From positions 104,162,001 to 104,226,000 of the forward strand of contig NW_024704742.1 of NCBI RefSeq assembly GCF_018977255.1: DNA of 64,000 nt, in the 5' to 3' direction. The notes below the pieces were generated by a model, which was given only the letters and a program-made list of their open reading frames with translations, was not told the DNA's origin and made no database searches. Below, one piece after another: positions 23,276-35,949 of this stretch (its first letter is position 1; every line of letters starts with the position of its first letter). The DNA is from Callorhinchus milii (Eukaryota). Both the position numbers and the translations under genes were made by a program.

Positions 23276-26200
23276 CCAGATAAAAACACGTCTCTTACGT
23301 ATGTCTCTTGTGCTTGAGCCAATTGAAGGCCTAACATTTCCATGGTCTTAGCTTTAAGACCACTATCTTAATATATAAGGCCATGGGTTTCGTTTCTATA
23401 GCTCCTTCTGTTCTTAAATTCAGCATTAATTTTTATAAAGAACTGATGGAAAATGGCGTCAAAATAAAGATTGAACCTGAACAAAGCATTAATGATGAGA
23501 AATAATTTGAGATGTTGCTGCCTGACAGATACACGTTGTTGTTGTGGTTTACAGGGCATATTGAATTGCTGTATTTTCCATATAAAATGTTTGTTTTCTC
23601 TTGAGGGTGTAGGTGGGATTTGTGCCTTTTGCACGACACCCTGGTCTTTGTCTGCCGAGCTGCAAAATATTCTATAACAGTCAACAAGTAAAAAGAGAGG
23701 ATCAATAATTGATTCAGTGCCCTATTACATCTGCTTAGGAATTCACAGATAGCCAGCGAACATATCTCTGTTAAGACTACAGTAAACAACAATTTTCAAT
23801 TATGTATCACCTTTCACCTCGGGAGGAAGCAAAGATGATACATAGCTGCAATCTTTAACTGTTCAGTGTCTTGGGACTTTCTCCCGATGTGAAAGGTGCT
23901 ATACAAATGTAATTTGTTGTTCTTGTTGCTGTACTTTTATCCGATTTGTAGGTACTTGATTGTTTATTATTTAAATTAATTGAGCTTTTTAAGATTGTTC
24001 TGCTTCATGAGTCCCACCATTGGTACGCAGGGTTTCAACTTTTCTGCCCTCAGTCACTTGGAACTCCCTCCACCTTGACCTCTCCCTCCCCACCTTTAAA
24101 CCCCACGTTAGCACCTATCTCTTTGACCATGCTTTTGGTCGTCTTCTCCCCCCAAAACCCCCATCTTAAGTGAAGCCTTTTGAGATGTCCTCCCAATGTT
24201 AAAGATGATACATGAATGTAAATTGTTGTTTACTCTGGGCTCAACAGAGATATGTTTGCTGGCTATCTATGATTTCCAATGAGAATGTTACATTATTTTA
24301 CTGAATATTTGTTTGTGATTTTCTTTAATTATTCTGCAGATTCTGTTTTCCAGACAAATTGGATGAATTCATATTGTAGGTATGGATATGTTCAAATTTT
24401 AGAAAACACAAAGTAATCTGGTTCTATAATATCATACGTTGAGGCAAATGCTGGTTAGGATAATTTTCCTGTGTTGCCTTAATTAAATGCGGAGAATAAC
24501 CTGAGGGACAGAGAGACAAGATTCTTCTTTTGAATGTCTTAAGCTGCTGAATTTTGAAGGGCATAGAGTCTACAGTATGCTATTTGTTGGAAACCAAAAC
24601 AATTTATGGTGTTAACTGGGAATCAATACATCTTAACATTTTGAATGTTTCCTGTGTGCACATGCATAAAGCAAATGAATGAGTGGCAGATTCTGAAGAA
24701 ATTAACCAGGTGAATATACAGATCAATGCAGAGCTGTCTGAACAGACTATAGTTAGCTAGTAGCTAAAGCAGAATCCTGCCATTCTCTCATTATAGTATT
24801 ATTTTCTTTAGTGTCTTTAAAAAAACACAGGAGCAATGTTTGGTTGTGAAATTGTACTTTAAATGGCTTTTAAACTGAATAGGTTACATTGGAATTTAGG
24901 TCACATGTGTGCAAAGAGAATGAAATCTAGGATCCTCTGGAGACTTAATGGAGAAGTGATATATAGAGGTATATATATATAGGTTTATACACCAAAGGGT
25001 GGAGGGGGTGGGCGGGGAGTTGGAGGGTTGAGGGAAGTAGACAATATTCAGGCGACTGAGAATTGTTCTGTATGTGGAGACCAGGGTGAATTTTGAAACT
25101 GATTTGGAGCAGTATTTCAAAGCAATGGACATCACAGACAGGAAGAGGAAGGAACTTGCATTTTTATATCAACAACTTGTATTTATATAGTACCTTCACA
25201 CAGGATAGTGTCTTGGAGGACTTAACAGTGGCGTAGTTTGACGTCAAGCCGGGGAGAAAGGGGAAAATGAATGCATGAAGTCTTCAGGTATGACTTAAAG
25301 GGCAAAGAAAGGGCAAGGCGGAGGGTTTGACACAGAGAGTTTCCAGAGGGTCTGGGCATAGTGACTAAAGGCACAGCCACTGATGGTGGAGTCAAGGGAC
25401 ATCCAGAAGGCCTGGCTGAGTGAAGGGAACGGATAGAGGAATGGAATATGAGCAGGTCAGAGAGGTAGGGAGGTGGCAGGGCATAAAGACACTTGATGGG
25501 AATCACCTTCTGAAGGGACTTGAGACATTTCGATGTTATAGTCCCTTGTATGTCAGATCATCTTAAAACGCTTTACAGTAAATTATGTATTGACTGTTTT
25601 TTATATGCAATGCAAAGAAACAGTAGTGTTCATGGCGGTACTTGGTGCCATAATATATAATGATTGAGTGGAGCTGCTGGCATTAGAGAAAGCAGGTAGG
25701 TAAGGTGGATCGGAAGTTCTTGTTAAAACACAAATAAGTTATTATTTGGCCAAACGTTATTTGATTGTTGAGATGGATTATTATATTTATATGATATGTA
25801 GATACATATCAAGATCCTGGATAGTCTAAGGTTTGCATCCGAGCTGGGATTGGGGGCCGACGGAGTAAGATGGCCACAAATGCAGTGAAGAAAGGTCTTC
25901 AGATGGACCTTGAAGGAGGTGAAGGAAGGCACAAGTGGAAAGGACTCCAGGATGGAGTTCCAGAGATTGGGGATCGAACTCCTGAAACCACTGGTGGTGG
26001 GGCGGATGGGTTGGTGGACGAGAAGCAGGCCTGCTGAGTGGAGAGAGGGACTGGGTTGATAGGGTTTAGGATGTCGCAAAGGTAGGGTGGGGCAAGACCA
26101 TGGAGGGATTTAAAGGTTAGAATGAGGAAACTTGATCTACTGAGGGATGGAGCTGGGTGAGGATGGGATGATAGGCTCGCGGAGCTCAATGAGGGAAATA

Positions 26201-26949
26201 TAGCCAGAACAGCATGGTACAAGTCAGGCTTAAGTATGCACTGATCAGACCACATACAGGCTACAATCTGCATCATTTACTACTTTATACAAATTGACCT
26301 CCTTTACTTTTGGCACTGTAAAAAAATAGATTTCTCTAATCTTTTTTCACAGCTCATCCCTTTGATATTTGGATTCAGCGCTGCAGCCCCCTTCTATATG
26401 TTTCCTGGTGCTGATGCATATTTTTGTGGTATGGTGACTAAACTGTAGCCTGTGTGTGGGCTGATCAGTGCATCCTAAATCCTGAATATAATGAGACTTG
26501 TATTATACTCTTCTGGCTATAATTCCTGGCATGATAATAACAAATTGTTTCACTGCATTATATGGACATTGAAAATGATGCATCTGGTATAACTCCCAGG
26601 TCCTCCTCTAAGGGATTCATGCAGTGATTTTAAATGAGATTGCTTAATAAAGATTCCAATCCAATGGTATCCAAATCCAAATTCCAGTAACAGGAATTAC
26701 AGTGAAATCTGTTTTCAGCAGTCAGTCAGGGGACTGGGCCAAAGTGACCTTTATGTAAGGGTTGGCCTCTGAGAAAGGGTTGGTTGACTCCTTGCCTGGG
26801 CATGAATTTTGAAAAAATAAGTTCCGCAGGCCAAACATTTCTGTGGTCCTGTGTATAGATTCCTGCCAGAATAGCGCATTGACCAACGCTCGGTTATCAG
26901 TGAGAGGGGAAGCTGTGGGCATCACACGGGTTGCTCATTGGTAACTGCA

Positions 26950-27530
26950 GCAACAACAAGATTACATTTGTATAGCGCCTTTCGGGAGGACATCCCAAGG
27001 CCTGGACAGTGTACAGTGTACAGCATTTCAGATATGGGATATGGGGGGGAGAAGGGAGGGGAAGGCAGGTAGCCGATGGCATGGTCGAAGAGGAAGGTCT
27101 TGAGGCGGGACTTGAAGGAAGCTAAGGAGGGGGCGAGGCAGAGTGATTGGGGGATGGAGTTCCAGAGGTTGGGGGCGGAGTGGCTGAAGGCTCTCCCGCC
27201 AATGGTGGGGCGGGTGGGTCGGGGGACGTGGAGCAGGCCAGAGCCGGCTGAGAGGAGGGAGTGGGCGGGTGAATAGGGGGTTAGGAGGTCGCAGAGGTAG
27301 GGTGGGGGGAGGCTGTGGAGGGCATTGTATGTGAGGACCAGGATCTTGAACTGGATCCTCTGAAGGATAGGGAGTCAATGGAGTCGGGCGAGAGTGGGGG
27401 AGATGAGGAGTTTGGTGCGAGAGAGGACACGGGCTGCAGAGTTCTGGATTATCTACAGCCTGTGGAAGGAGGAGTTGGGAAGGCCGACAAGCAGGGGCTT
27501 TACATAGTCGAGCCTGGATGTGATGAAGGC
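26950..27530 (-). mobile_element. 5'-truncated L2 LINE
   Basis: Reverse complement closely matches 19785-20262; (CAA)n tail at the left end. Confidence 0.95.
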
Positions 27531-27645
27531 CACAAATATACAGTCAATTCACTTTACAGTGTGTTCTGTGAAGCGCTTTGGGACGTCCTCCGGACGTGAA
27601 AAGCGCTATATCATATGCAAGGATTATTATTATTATTATTATTAT
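27531..27645 (+). mobile_element. SINE family A 3' fragment fused to the 5' end of an oppositely oriented L2
   Basis: CACAAATATACAGTC...GCAAGG(ATT)n directly abuts L2 sequence at 27530. Confidence 0.92.
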
Positions 27646-28154
27646 AAGGCAACTGCACTAGGAATCTAGCAGGAATTTACTCATCGGATCACAGAAATTG
27701 GTAATTCATGACCAGAAAGTATATTAAATTCACTTAGAATTGGCCACTGAAAAAGGTATCTGTACACCAACAGGGATAGAAATGAGTGGCCACTGGTTTG
27801 TTAGACAGGTGGTTGCTGAATAGAGGTAGTTTATTGTGGAAAATCAGTTGGGACTGTTCCAGGGTGGTTGGTGGCAGCAGATAGGTTGCTGAATAGAGGT
27901 GATTGCTTTAACAGGTTTGATTGTACATCACGTAGTCTTTTGGGATCTTTAATCCAATGTAATCTATTTATGGTCTTACTGAGAAATCCTCTTTGAAATA
28001 GTCATGTTTTAGTATATTCGTATCACATATATTTTCTTTCCAAGGCATTTGCTTTACATTTTTCTGAATTAAATTAAACTGAGTTGAATTTATAGATATA
28101 TTTAAGTCATTATAAGCACACATCATCTAAACAATTACACTTAGTACCCTGCCT

Positions 28155-28480
28155 GTGTTAGCCTGGGTCAGTTGGTAACACTCACGTCTCAGAGTTAGAA
28201 GGTTGTCCACACACATTGGGACTTTGAACCCACAGTCTAGGCAGTCACTCCAGTGCAGTGGGGGTTTAGTTGGGGGTCCGTTGCATTGATGGAGGTGCTG
28301 TCTTTTAGATAATATATTAAACCGAGATCTGTGTTTGTTCGGGTGGATGTTAAAGAACCCATGAACTATTAAGAAAAGGGAATTTCTCCTGGTAACCTGG
28401 TCAACATCCTGCAGATAAATTGCTCATTCACTTCCTAGCTGGTTGTGGGACATTGCTGAGTGCAAATTGGCTGTACCATT
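28155..28480 (+). mobile_element. DeuSINE-like family B
   Basis: Head plus GGAGGTGCTGTCTTTTAGAT core. Further copies or fragments near 48010-48400(+), 49470-49663(+), 56460-56700(-), 57223-57500(+), 59340-59660(+) and 63636-63830(-). Confidence 0.8.
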
Positions 28481-29254
28481 CATCAATAGTAACATACAAA
28501 TTATAATTTCATTTGCTTATAATATGCAGCCGCTACACTTCACAGTAATGAATATATTTGGGAACCTGAGCTCACAAGCATGTGTGTGAAAAGTAAATTT
28601 CATTCAAATCAAACAGAATGGTAATAATAATAATGCTTGCACTTCATATAGTGACTTATAACATTGTCATGACGTTTCAAAGTGCTTCGCAGGATATACT
28701 GTAAAATGGATTGAATGTGCGCAGTTGCGCACAGCAAAGTCCCACAATCAGCCATGGAGTGACTGACCAACATTTAGTGGGGATTGTTGGCCAAATTAAA
28801 TTAAATTAAAGTACGTTTGTTCCCTTCTCAGGCCCAGCTTCTGGTTCCTCTCAGCTCCAACTGTTGGCTCTTCTCAGGCCTTATTCTTCATTACTCTAAA
28901 TCTCAGACCTTTAAGTCTTCTTGACTGATTATCTACTGTGTTTCCCAGCTGCTTTGTTTAGCCAGAAAGAGTGGGAATAGGACTATTCCCATTGGGATTA
29001 ATTTGCACTGAGAGGTTGGACTCGATTCCATTGAGTAAATAACATTAAAGTAATCAGTGGCAGCTTTCAATAAAACATTATACTGTAGGAGCCCGACTAG
29101 CTGGGTAGCAAAGTATGAACTGAATACTCGTGTAAAGCAACAGCAATAGCAGACTTGCACCAGGACACCTGAGCCCAAAATCCTCATGGTCATACTGTCC
29201 AAAAAATTCAAGATGATGCATGATTTAGAAAATTATTGTTCTTTGAACAATGAT

Positions 29255-29545
29255 TAGACAAGCTATGCCTCTTCAGTCTTGAGAGAAGATATTCAGCAGT
29301 GTTTATTACAACATTTTAAATGGGATTGAAAAAATACACCCAGAACAATTCTTTAGCACGCATTNAAAAATAGCAGAAAAAGGACATGGGTTTAGAATTG
29401 CAATGGACAATTTCAGGACAAATACCAGGAAGTTTTTCTTTACACAGAGGGTAATTAACGAGTGGAATAGGTTGCTAGGAATGGTGGTTGAGTCCAGGAC
29501 ACATTTAAAAAGCAGTTTGATGCTGTTCTGGGAACATAGTGGAAT
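29255..29545 (+). mobile_element. CR1-type LINE 3' fragment (contains an ambiguous base n at 29365)
   Basis: RKFFFTQRVINEWNRL motif. Confidence 0.75.
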
Positions 29546-30899
29546 AGATGTCCTGTAGTGATGAGATCAGATATATCATACACATTTAAAATGCACCCTC
29601 TTCTATGTGAATTGCCTAAGAATTGTCCAGTTTCCTTTGGCAGAGAAAAGCTAATCCTGCATAATGCTTGAATCTGTATAGCAGTGGGAATAACTCCCTC
29701 AAAGTAAATCATGCTCGGTTTTTAGCTGCACACAGAAACACAGGAATTTCACAATAAATTCGTAATAAGAAGGAGTTGATCAACACAGTATAGTACTGTA
29801 CATTGTGATAAACCTTTTGAATTCCAAAACATTCAAATTAGTATGGATTGATTTATGGTAAAAGTTCTCATTTTTATTTATTTTCCTCCTCCTTGAAGGT
29901 AAGCACCTGTACATTCCTTGGACATGAATTCAGGCAGCTGAATTACTTCCAATCTGCAATTTACAGTTGAATTAAATTACTAATTATAAATCACCCAAGT
30001 AAGTCAAACTCACAATCGTTTACCCTTATCACAAAACAGCAGTGGCCAGGGAGGCGGGAAGGATGCAGTAACATTCCAATATATGTGGAATATGTATACA
30101 CGATATGCACGCTGACGTTAGCCAGCACTACCTCTCTGCTTCCATCCTTGATTCCAGAATTATTGCTACTTTAACCAACTGCCTGTCTGTTCGGAATGAG
30201 TCTTAACTTCTTTCAAGGGAATGTCAACAGAACTGAAGCTATTTCTCACACCAGCGCCTTCTTTCCTCTGACTCTGGCTCTAACTCTATCAAGCTCTTTA
30301 TTCCAGCTAACTGAGATAGTATGCAACTGTGGAATTTTACCACCTATAAAATAATAATATTACATAATAATAATAATTATTGAAAGCTGCATTGAGGAAA
30401 ACTCCTATGGAGTAAAGTGTATGGAGAAGCACTGCAATACAGTAAGGTTTATGGAGAAACATTCCTTTCTCCTAATTAGGCTCATTGGCTTCAAGTCTAA
30501 AAGACTAAAGGTTTCTCCAGTCAACACTTAAACAGTAAAAGGCCTTTTTGACAGTGGACCATTTATTTCCACACAGCACTGATCTACACCAGGATTTGGG
30601 AATGTGCAGAATAAATGAACTCTTCCTCACATCAGAGCTGGGTTAGCATACCTTGCATGCTTTTCCTGACCCCTTGTTAATAGTTTACTATGGTGTGGCA
30701 CTTTTCAAAGTGATGGCATTTCTTATTCTTTCTTGAGCCAGGATCTGTTTTGAATTGAAAAACATCTGTGCTTGTGTGTGTGGGGAGGGGGGGGGGGGGG
30801 AGTGGGCGGGTTGAATTTGAAGATCAAAGTGAATTAAATCATACCTCTCATTTTATCAGTCAAAACCAATGCATATTCTTTGTTTATGTCCTTGTGCAT

Positions 30900-32387
30900 C
30901 CTTAAAAAACCCTATCCTTAAAAAACCCTCCCTAGAACCATCACTGCTCTCAAACTACCGCCCTATCTCCAACCTCCCTTTCCTCTCCAAGATCCTGGAA
31001 CGAGTTGTTGCTCCTTCCTCTCCCGCCACTCCCTTCACGAACCCCTCCAATGAGGTTCCTGTGCCGCCCACACAACAGAAATATCCCTGGTCAACGTGAC
31101 AAATAATATTCTGTCCATCTGCGACCAGGCTCCCTCTGCCTCCTCGTCTTCCTTGACCTCTCTGCTGCTTTCGACACAGTTGACCATTCTATCCTCATCC
31201 ACCGCCTCTCCTCTCAAATCAACCTTCACGGTTCTGTCCTTGACTGGTTCAGATCGTACCTCTCACACCGCCTCCACTTCATCTCCACAAATGGTTTCTC
31301 CTCTAGCCCCCAACCCTCTCGTTCCTCAGGGCTCTGTCCTTGGTCCCCTCCTCTTCAACATCTATATGCTCCCTCTTGGTGACATCATCTGCAGACATGG
31401 GGTCAACTTCCAAATGTGTGCGGATGACACCCAACTCTACCTCTCTGCCTCCACCCTTGACTCAGGACTACTGCTGTCCTGACAGAATGTCTGTCAGACA
31501 TCAAATCCTGGAAGAGAGCTAACTTTTTTCAGTTGAACGTCAACAAGACCGAGGCTCTCCTGATTGGCTACTGTCAGCGCCTCCATACCTCAGGCGCTGA
31601 CAACATCACCATCCATGGTTGCACACTCCACCTTACTAATCCAGTCCGGAACCTTGGGGTCTTGTTTGACCTTCAACTATCCTTTCTACCCCACATCTGC
31701 GCCATGACCCACTCTGTCTTCCCCCGCCTCCCCAACATCGCTCGGCTCCTACACTGTCTCACACCGAAGGTCGCCGAAACCCTCACACACGCATTCAAGG
31801 CTTGACTAGCTAACTCCTTGATTGCTGGCCTCCCCAACTGCTCCCTCCAGAGGCTGCAGATCATCCAGAACTCTGCAGCCCATGTCCTCTCCCGCACCAG
31901 GCACCATGACCCTATCACCTCCCCATCCTCGCCCGACTCTAAAGGCTTCCCATCACACAGAGGATACAGTTCAAGATCCTGGTCCTCACCTTCAAAGTCC
32001 TCTATGTTCTTGGTCCCCCTACTTCTGTGACCTCCTAAGCCCCTACCGTCCTGCCCGCTCCCTCTGCTCAGCAGGCTCCAGCCCGCTTCACGTCTCCCGC
32101 CTCGCCTGCCCCACCATTGGCGGGCGGGCCTTCTGCCACTCTTCCCCAAACCTCTGGAACTCCATCTTGCAGTGCCTCCACCTCGCCCCCTCCCTTGCCT
32201 TCTTCAAGACCCATCTTAAGACCTTCCTCTTCTACCATGCTTTCGATCACCCTGCTTCCCCTCCTGCCCTCTACCCTCCCCAATCCCAAACCCCAACTCG
32301 GGTCTGAAACACTGACTGTCCAGCGCCTTGGGACGTCCTCCCAACATGAAAGGCGCTATACAAATGTCATTTTGTTGTCGCTGTTGT
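30900..32387 (+). mobile_element. 5'-truncated L2-clade LINE (decayed RT and 3' UTR), about 1.5 kb
   Basis: Frameshifted RT motifs [36 protein letters not shown] and IIQNSAA; (TTG)n tail; candidate TSD TTGTGCAT at 30892 and 32384. Confidence 0.95.
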
Positions 32388-34667
32388 GCATACTCTGTCC
32401 TGTCATACTGTTTTGCCTTTCCGTTGCTTTTTCTGTGTTCTGCCTTTATTCTTGTACTTTTCTGACTCAGAAGTGCTTTGAGACATCTCGAAGATGTGAT
32501 AAGGCACTATATCAAATGCAAGGATTATTATTATGATGGCTTAACAGATTTCTAACTCTCAGTGTGTAGGCTCAAGTACGAAGAATGGGCAAATGGTGTA
32601 CTGGTGAGCAGTCACTGTCAGAGGTTGTACTTTGAGATGCACGAACCATAGTAGAAAAAGAGGATATCAGTTTAGAGTTATAAAAGGCAATGTCAGGACA
32701 GATATCAGATGCTTTTGTTTACTAAGAGACTAATTAATGACTGGTGAAAGTTGCCAGGAAGGGTGTTTGAGGCCAGGTCACTGGACTCATTTAAAAAGTA
32801 GCTTGATGCTGTGATAGGGTGGGGTGGGGCAGGGTTCTGGAGGGATGAGATCAGATGAACCGAATGGCCTTCTTCATCCAAACCAATCCTGTGCTCTTGT
32901 GAAACCAAACTCTGGATCAGTTAACCATCTCATGAGATGAGGAATAATGTGTAAGTTTGGAAGTAAACACAAAATGGTGTATGATGAACAATGGAAGGGA
33001 CAAGATAATTAATAGACTGTTATAATGATACTAATCAGAGGCAAATGCAGCAGCTAATTTGCACTCAGCAATGTTCCACGAATGGTCATAAAGTGAAACA
33101 TAATTATACGCAATTGGCATGATTACAGTAAACCTCACATTAGTTGTATTAGTTGGGGACATACGTTCAATATGACTTATGTAAAGTATGAGTTATGCCA
33201 AACTTGCAGAGAATATAAACTCTTGACCGGGCAGATGTATAATTTAGGCGATTATACGATTTAAACAGGTCAGACTTATGGTTTTACTGTTTTTAAAAAT
33301 ATATATTTACAATAACTCTGCAAATTGGTTAACATTGGGTATTCCAATTCCCAAAGAAAACAGAGATAGAATGCTTTTATCAACTGATCCCATTCTTCTG
33401 TGCAGTTTGTATAAAGCTCATCGGAAATGTCTCAGTTTCCGAAAAATGGTCATTGACAAGAGGAGATACCACAAGCTGCGTAAATCTCCACTGTAACTAA
33501 AACAAGGATCAGTATAACCCTGGGGATATTTTAGTATAAGTGCTTTTTAAACTGATTTTTTTTCAGGTTTATAGAGAACGTATTGTGTGAAAAATGTTGG
33601 TAAGCAATTTTGGCCTCTTTTTGTTTTACTTCGAAGTTCTTTGTTTTTGGAAGAACGTGTGTGTTGTTGTACTTAACGGTGATCATCTACATACCGGCTG
33701 TGGTGGAAACTGGTTTTATTAGAAAGGAAAAAAAGAGTAAACTCTCTTTCAATAGGAAGAGTTCAGGGCAGGTCACAGCAGTTTTGCAACAAAGAATGTG
33801 TTCAAAGTGTGCATACAAAGTCCCCTTTATAAAAGTTTTAGCTGTTCAGCGATTAGCCAGAATTCAATCTGTATTCACTGGGCCTGCAACCAATCAGAGC
33901 AGCGTTCAAGATCAGATATGTAACATTTGTTACTTACATGAATGATTTATCCATAAGAGAAGATTACCTGCAAAGTGTGCTGGCTGATCTGTTCTCTTAG
34001 TTGATGGGAGGTAGGGTGGGGGAGGGGATAAACCTCCATGGACCAGTGCTAGTCATGTGTAATTTGCTCATTTTCTTTATCTTGTAATAAACATAAAGTA
34101 AAAGACCACTTTAGATGTTGGGGTAATCTCTGTTCTGTCAGCCTGGAGATTACACTGGCACAGCTAATAAAATAGCACTTTTAGTGCCAGTGGCTATAGC
34201 TGCCAGCATTGTGTGCACTGTCTGTCTATTGCGTACAAGCTAACAGATGAGAAAGGAATGGACAGTGGCAAATGGTAGGTGGCTGGTTTATTTCAGACGC
34301 CAGAGACAAGAGGCTGTGGATTTTTTTGAAATATCTTTCCCCCCGCGCGTCACAATTGGTAAAGTAAAAAAAACGGAACCATAGAGGCCCACGCAGGTTT
34401 AATCCTTGGTCCATGATGAAATAGTTGATCTTGAAATTACTGAGATTAGAGTTTCATCATTTGGATTTGGGGCGAGGAAGAGGGGAAAATCAGGCAGGAT
34501 TCTTGCTACTGATTGCTATCTAGCGACTCATGCTGGGATGTACACAGGTGAGAAAAGGGTCGAGTTTGGCCTCTCCAAAGAAGTAGCTTCCCGATATTTG
34601 TTACACGGTGCCATAGATCAAGATTTAATTAAAATAATCTTTGAATTTGATGCAGCGCCTTTTCCTA

Positions 34668-35020
34668 TAGTCCTGTGTGTATTGATTAAAGCACTTGCCC
34701 TGCATGTGAGAGAACCCAGGTTCGATTCTTGGACAGGGCAATACCTTAGGCAAATTTCCTTACTCCACAAGCCTCTATTTACCCAGCAGTAAGTAAGAAC
34801 CCAGGTGTTATTCAATTGGCAGATTGCTTTGCGGGGTAATAATCACTCAAAAATGTGGTCACTCAATCCATGACTGTGGGATACTGCTGTAGGCAATTAG
34901 CTGCCGCATTTCGCCCACAAAATACACAGTCAATCCACTTTAGAATATATTCTGTGAAGCGCTTTGAGATGTCTTAATGACGTCGTAAGGCCCTATATCA
35001 CATGCAAGTATTATTATTAT
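34668..35020 (+). mobile_element. SINE family A, older long form, diverged
   Basis: Degenerate tRNA head (GGTTCGATTC), extra internal segment at about 34775-34836, ATT tail. Confidence 0.85.
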
Positions 35021-35024
35021 CCCG

Positions 35025-35384
35025 TTGTTGAAGTGTTTCACGAGAATTATTGTGAAGTGTATTGACTGTGTATTTGAGGGCAACTGTGGCAGGCAGTTTG
35101 TGCCCAGCAATGTTCCACAAACAATTACCATAAATTTTGGTGAATTACCAATTTTGTTTGGGGATAGTTGGCCAGGAATCTTTCCAAATAGTGCTGTGGG
35201 ATGTTAAACGTCCATCTACACAGGCAGAGGCAGGATCTTAGTTTAATGTCTTATCTGAAAGGCAACAGCTCTGACAATCCAGCTCCCCCCAACACTGAAA
35301 TTGCATGTCAGGCTCTACTGTGAGTTTGAAAGTTCCCCACAACCTTCTAACTCAGAGGTGAGAGTGTTAAGCCAGTCTGATACC
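35025..35384 (-). mobile_element. DeuSINE-like family B, tail-to-tail with the family A copy at 34668-35020
   Basis: Deu-like core and tRNA head on the minus strand. Confidence 0.8.
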
Positions 35385-35949
35385 TACCATGTGAGTGAAG
35401 GTACCACAAGGTTGTCAACCTCAGAGTGTATTGGTGTCTTCAGGGGAGGAAATTAAAAAATTTAATGGGTAAAAATGCTATATTGAACACTTGACAATTT
35501 TATTTAAATTTGTCTTCCAAAAACAAAATAAATTCAGTGTACGCAAGCTATTTAATTAATTACGACATGTTGAGGAGATAACATTTCTTTAAACAGGTTG
35601 GAAAATGTGGCCAAATTTCATACTACAAAAACAGTTAAAGGCGTTACCTTTTCACGTTGTAATGTACCCCCTGCTTTCAAAATTCAAGCAGGGCTGGTGG
35701 AAATTACTCACATTAGCTGAAGTAGGGTTTGTTGATCATTTAGGTTAATGTGGATACATTTTCGATTAAGTGTCTGGCTGGGGCTGACTGACTCTGCTTT
35801 GCATGACTACTGTCATAATTGATCGGTGAGTGTTTGTCTTTCTGATTAATTAATTGTTCTAACAGCAGCAATCCCAACTTGGTAAAAGATAAGATAACAA
35901 CATTGTGTTATGTAGGACTCCCTTCTTATTACTTTGGATGACTATCTTA

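Larger units (their letters stand above)
26700..27923. mobile_element. Non-autonomous Tc1/mariner/pogo(Tigger)-like DNA transposon relic, interrupted by L2+SINE
   Basis: Left end TA|CAGTGAAATCTGTTTTCAGCAGTCA; right end reverse complement TA|CAATCAAACCTGTTAAAGCAATCA; subterminal direct repeat GGTTGCTGAATAGAGGT twice. Confidence 0.65.

Noticed and set aside
30869..32536. Intact reverse transcriptase gene or retron-like system (also 53617-54413 and 55154-56421)
   Set aside because: 5'-truncated, frameshifted L2 ORF2 fragments without an endonuclease domain; not functional.
33124..33495. Second TA-flanked Tigger-like element (TACAGT...ACTGTA)
   Set aside because: The ends match only over about 6 bp; insufficient for a TIR call.
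34153..34192. Short hairpins (CACTGGCAC/GTGCCAGTG; also CAGTAACCAA/TTGGTTACTG at 40922-40985) as miRNA or snoRNA
   Set aside because: Stems of 9-10 bp are expected by chance in 64 kb; no box motifs or long stem.
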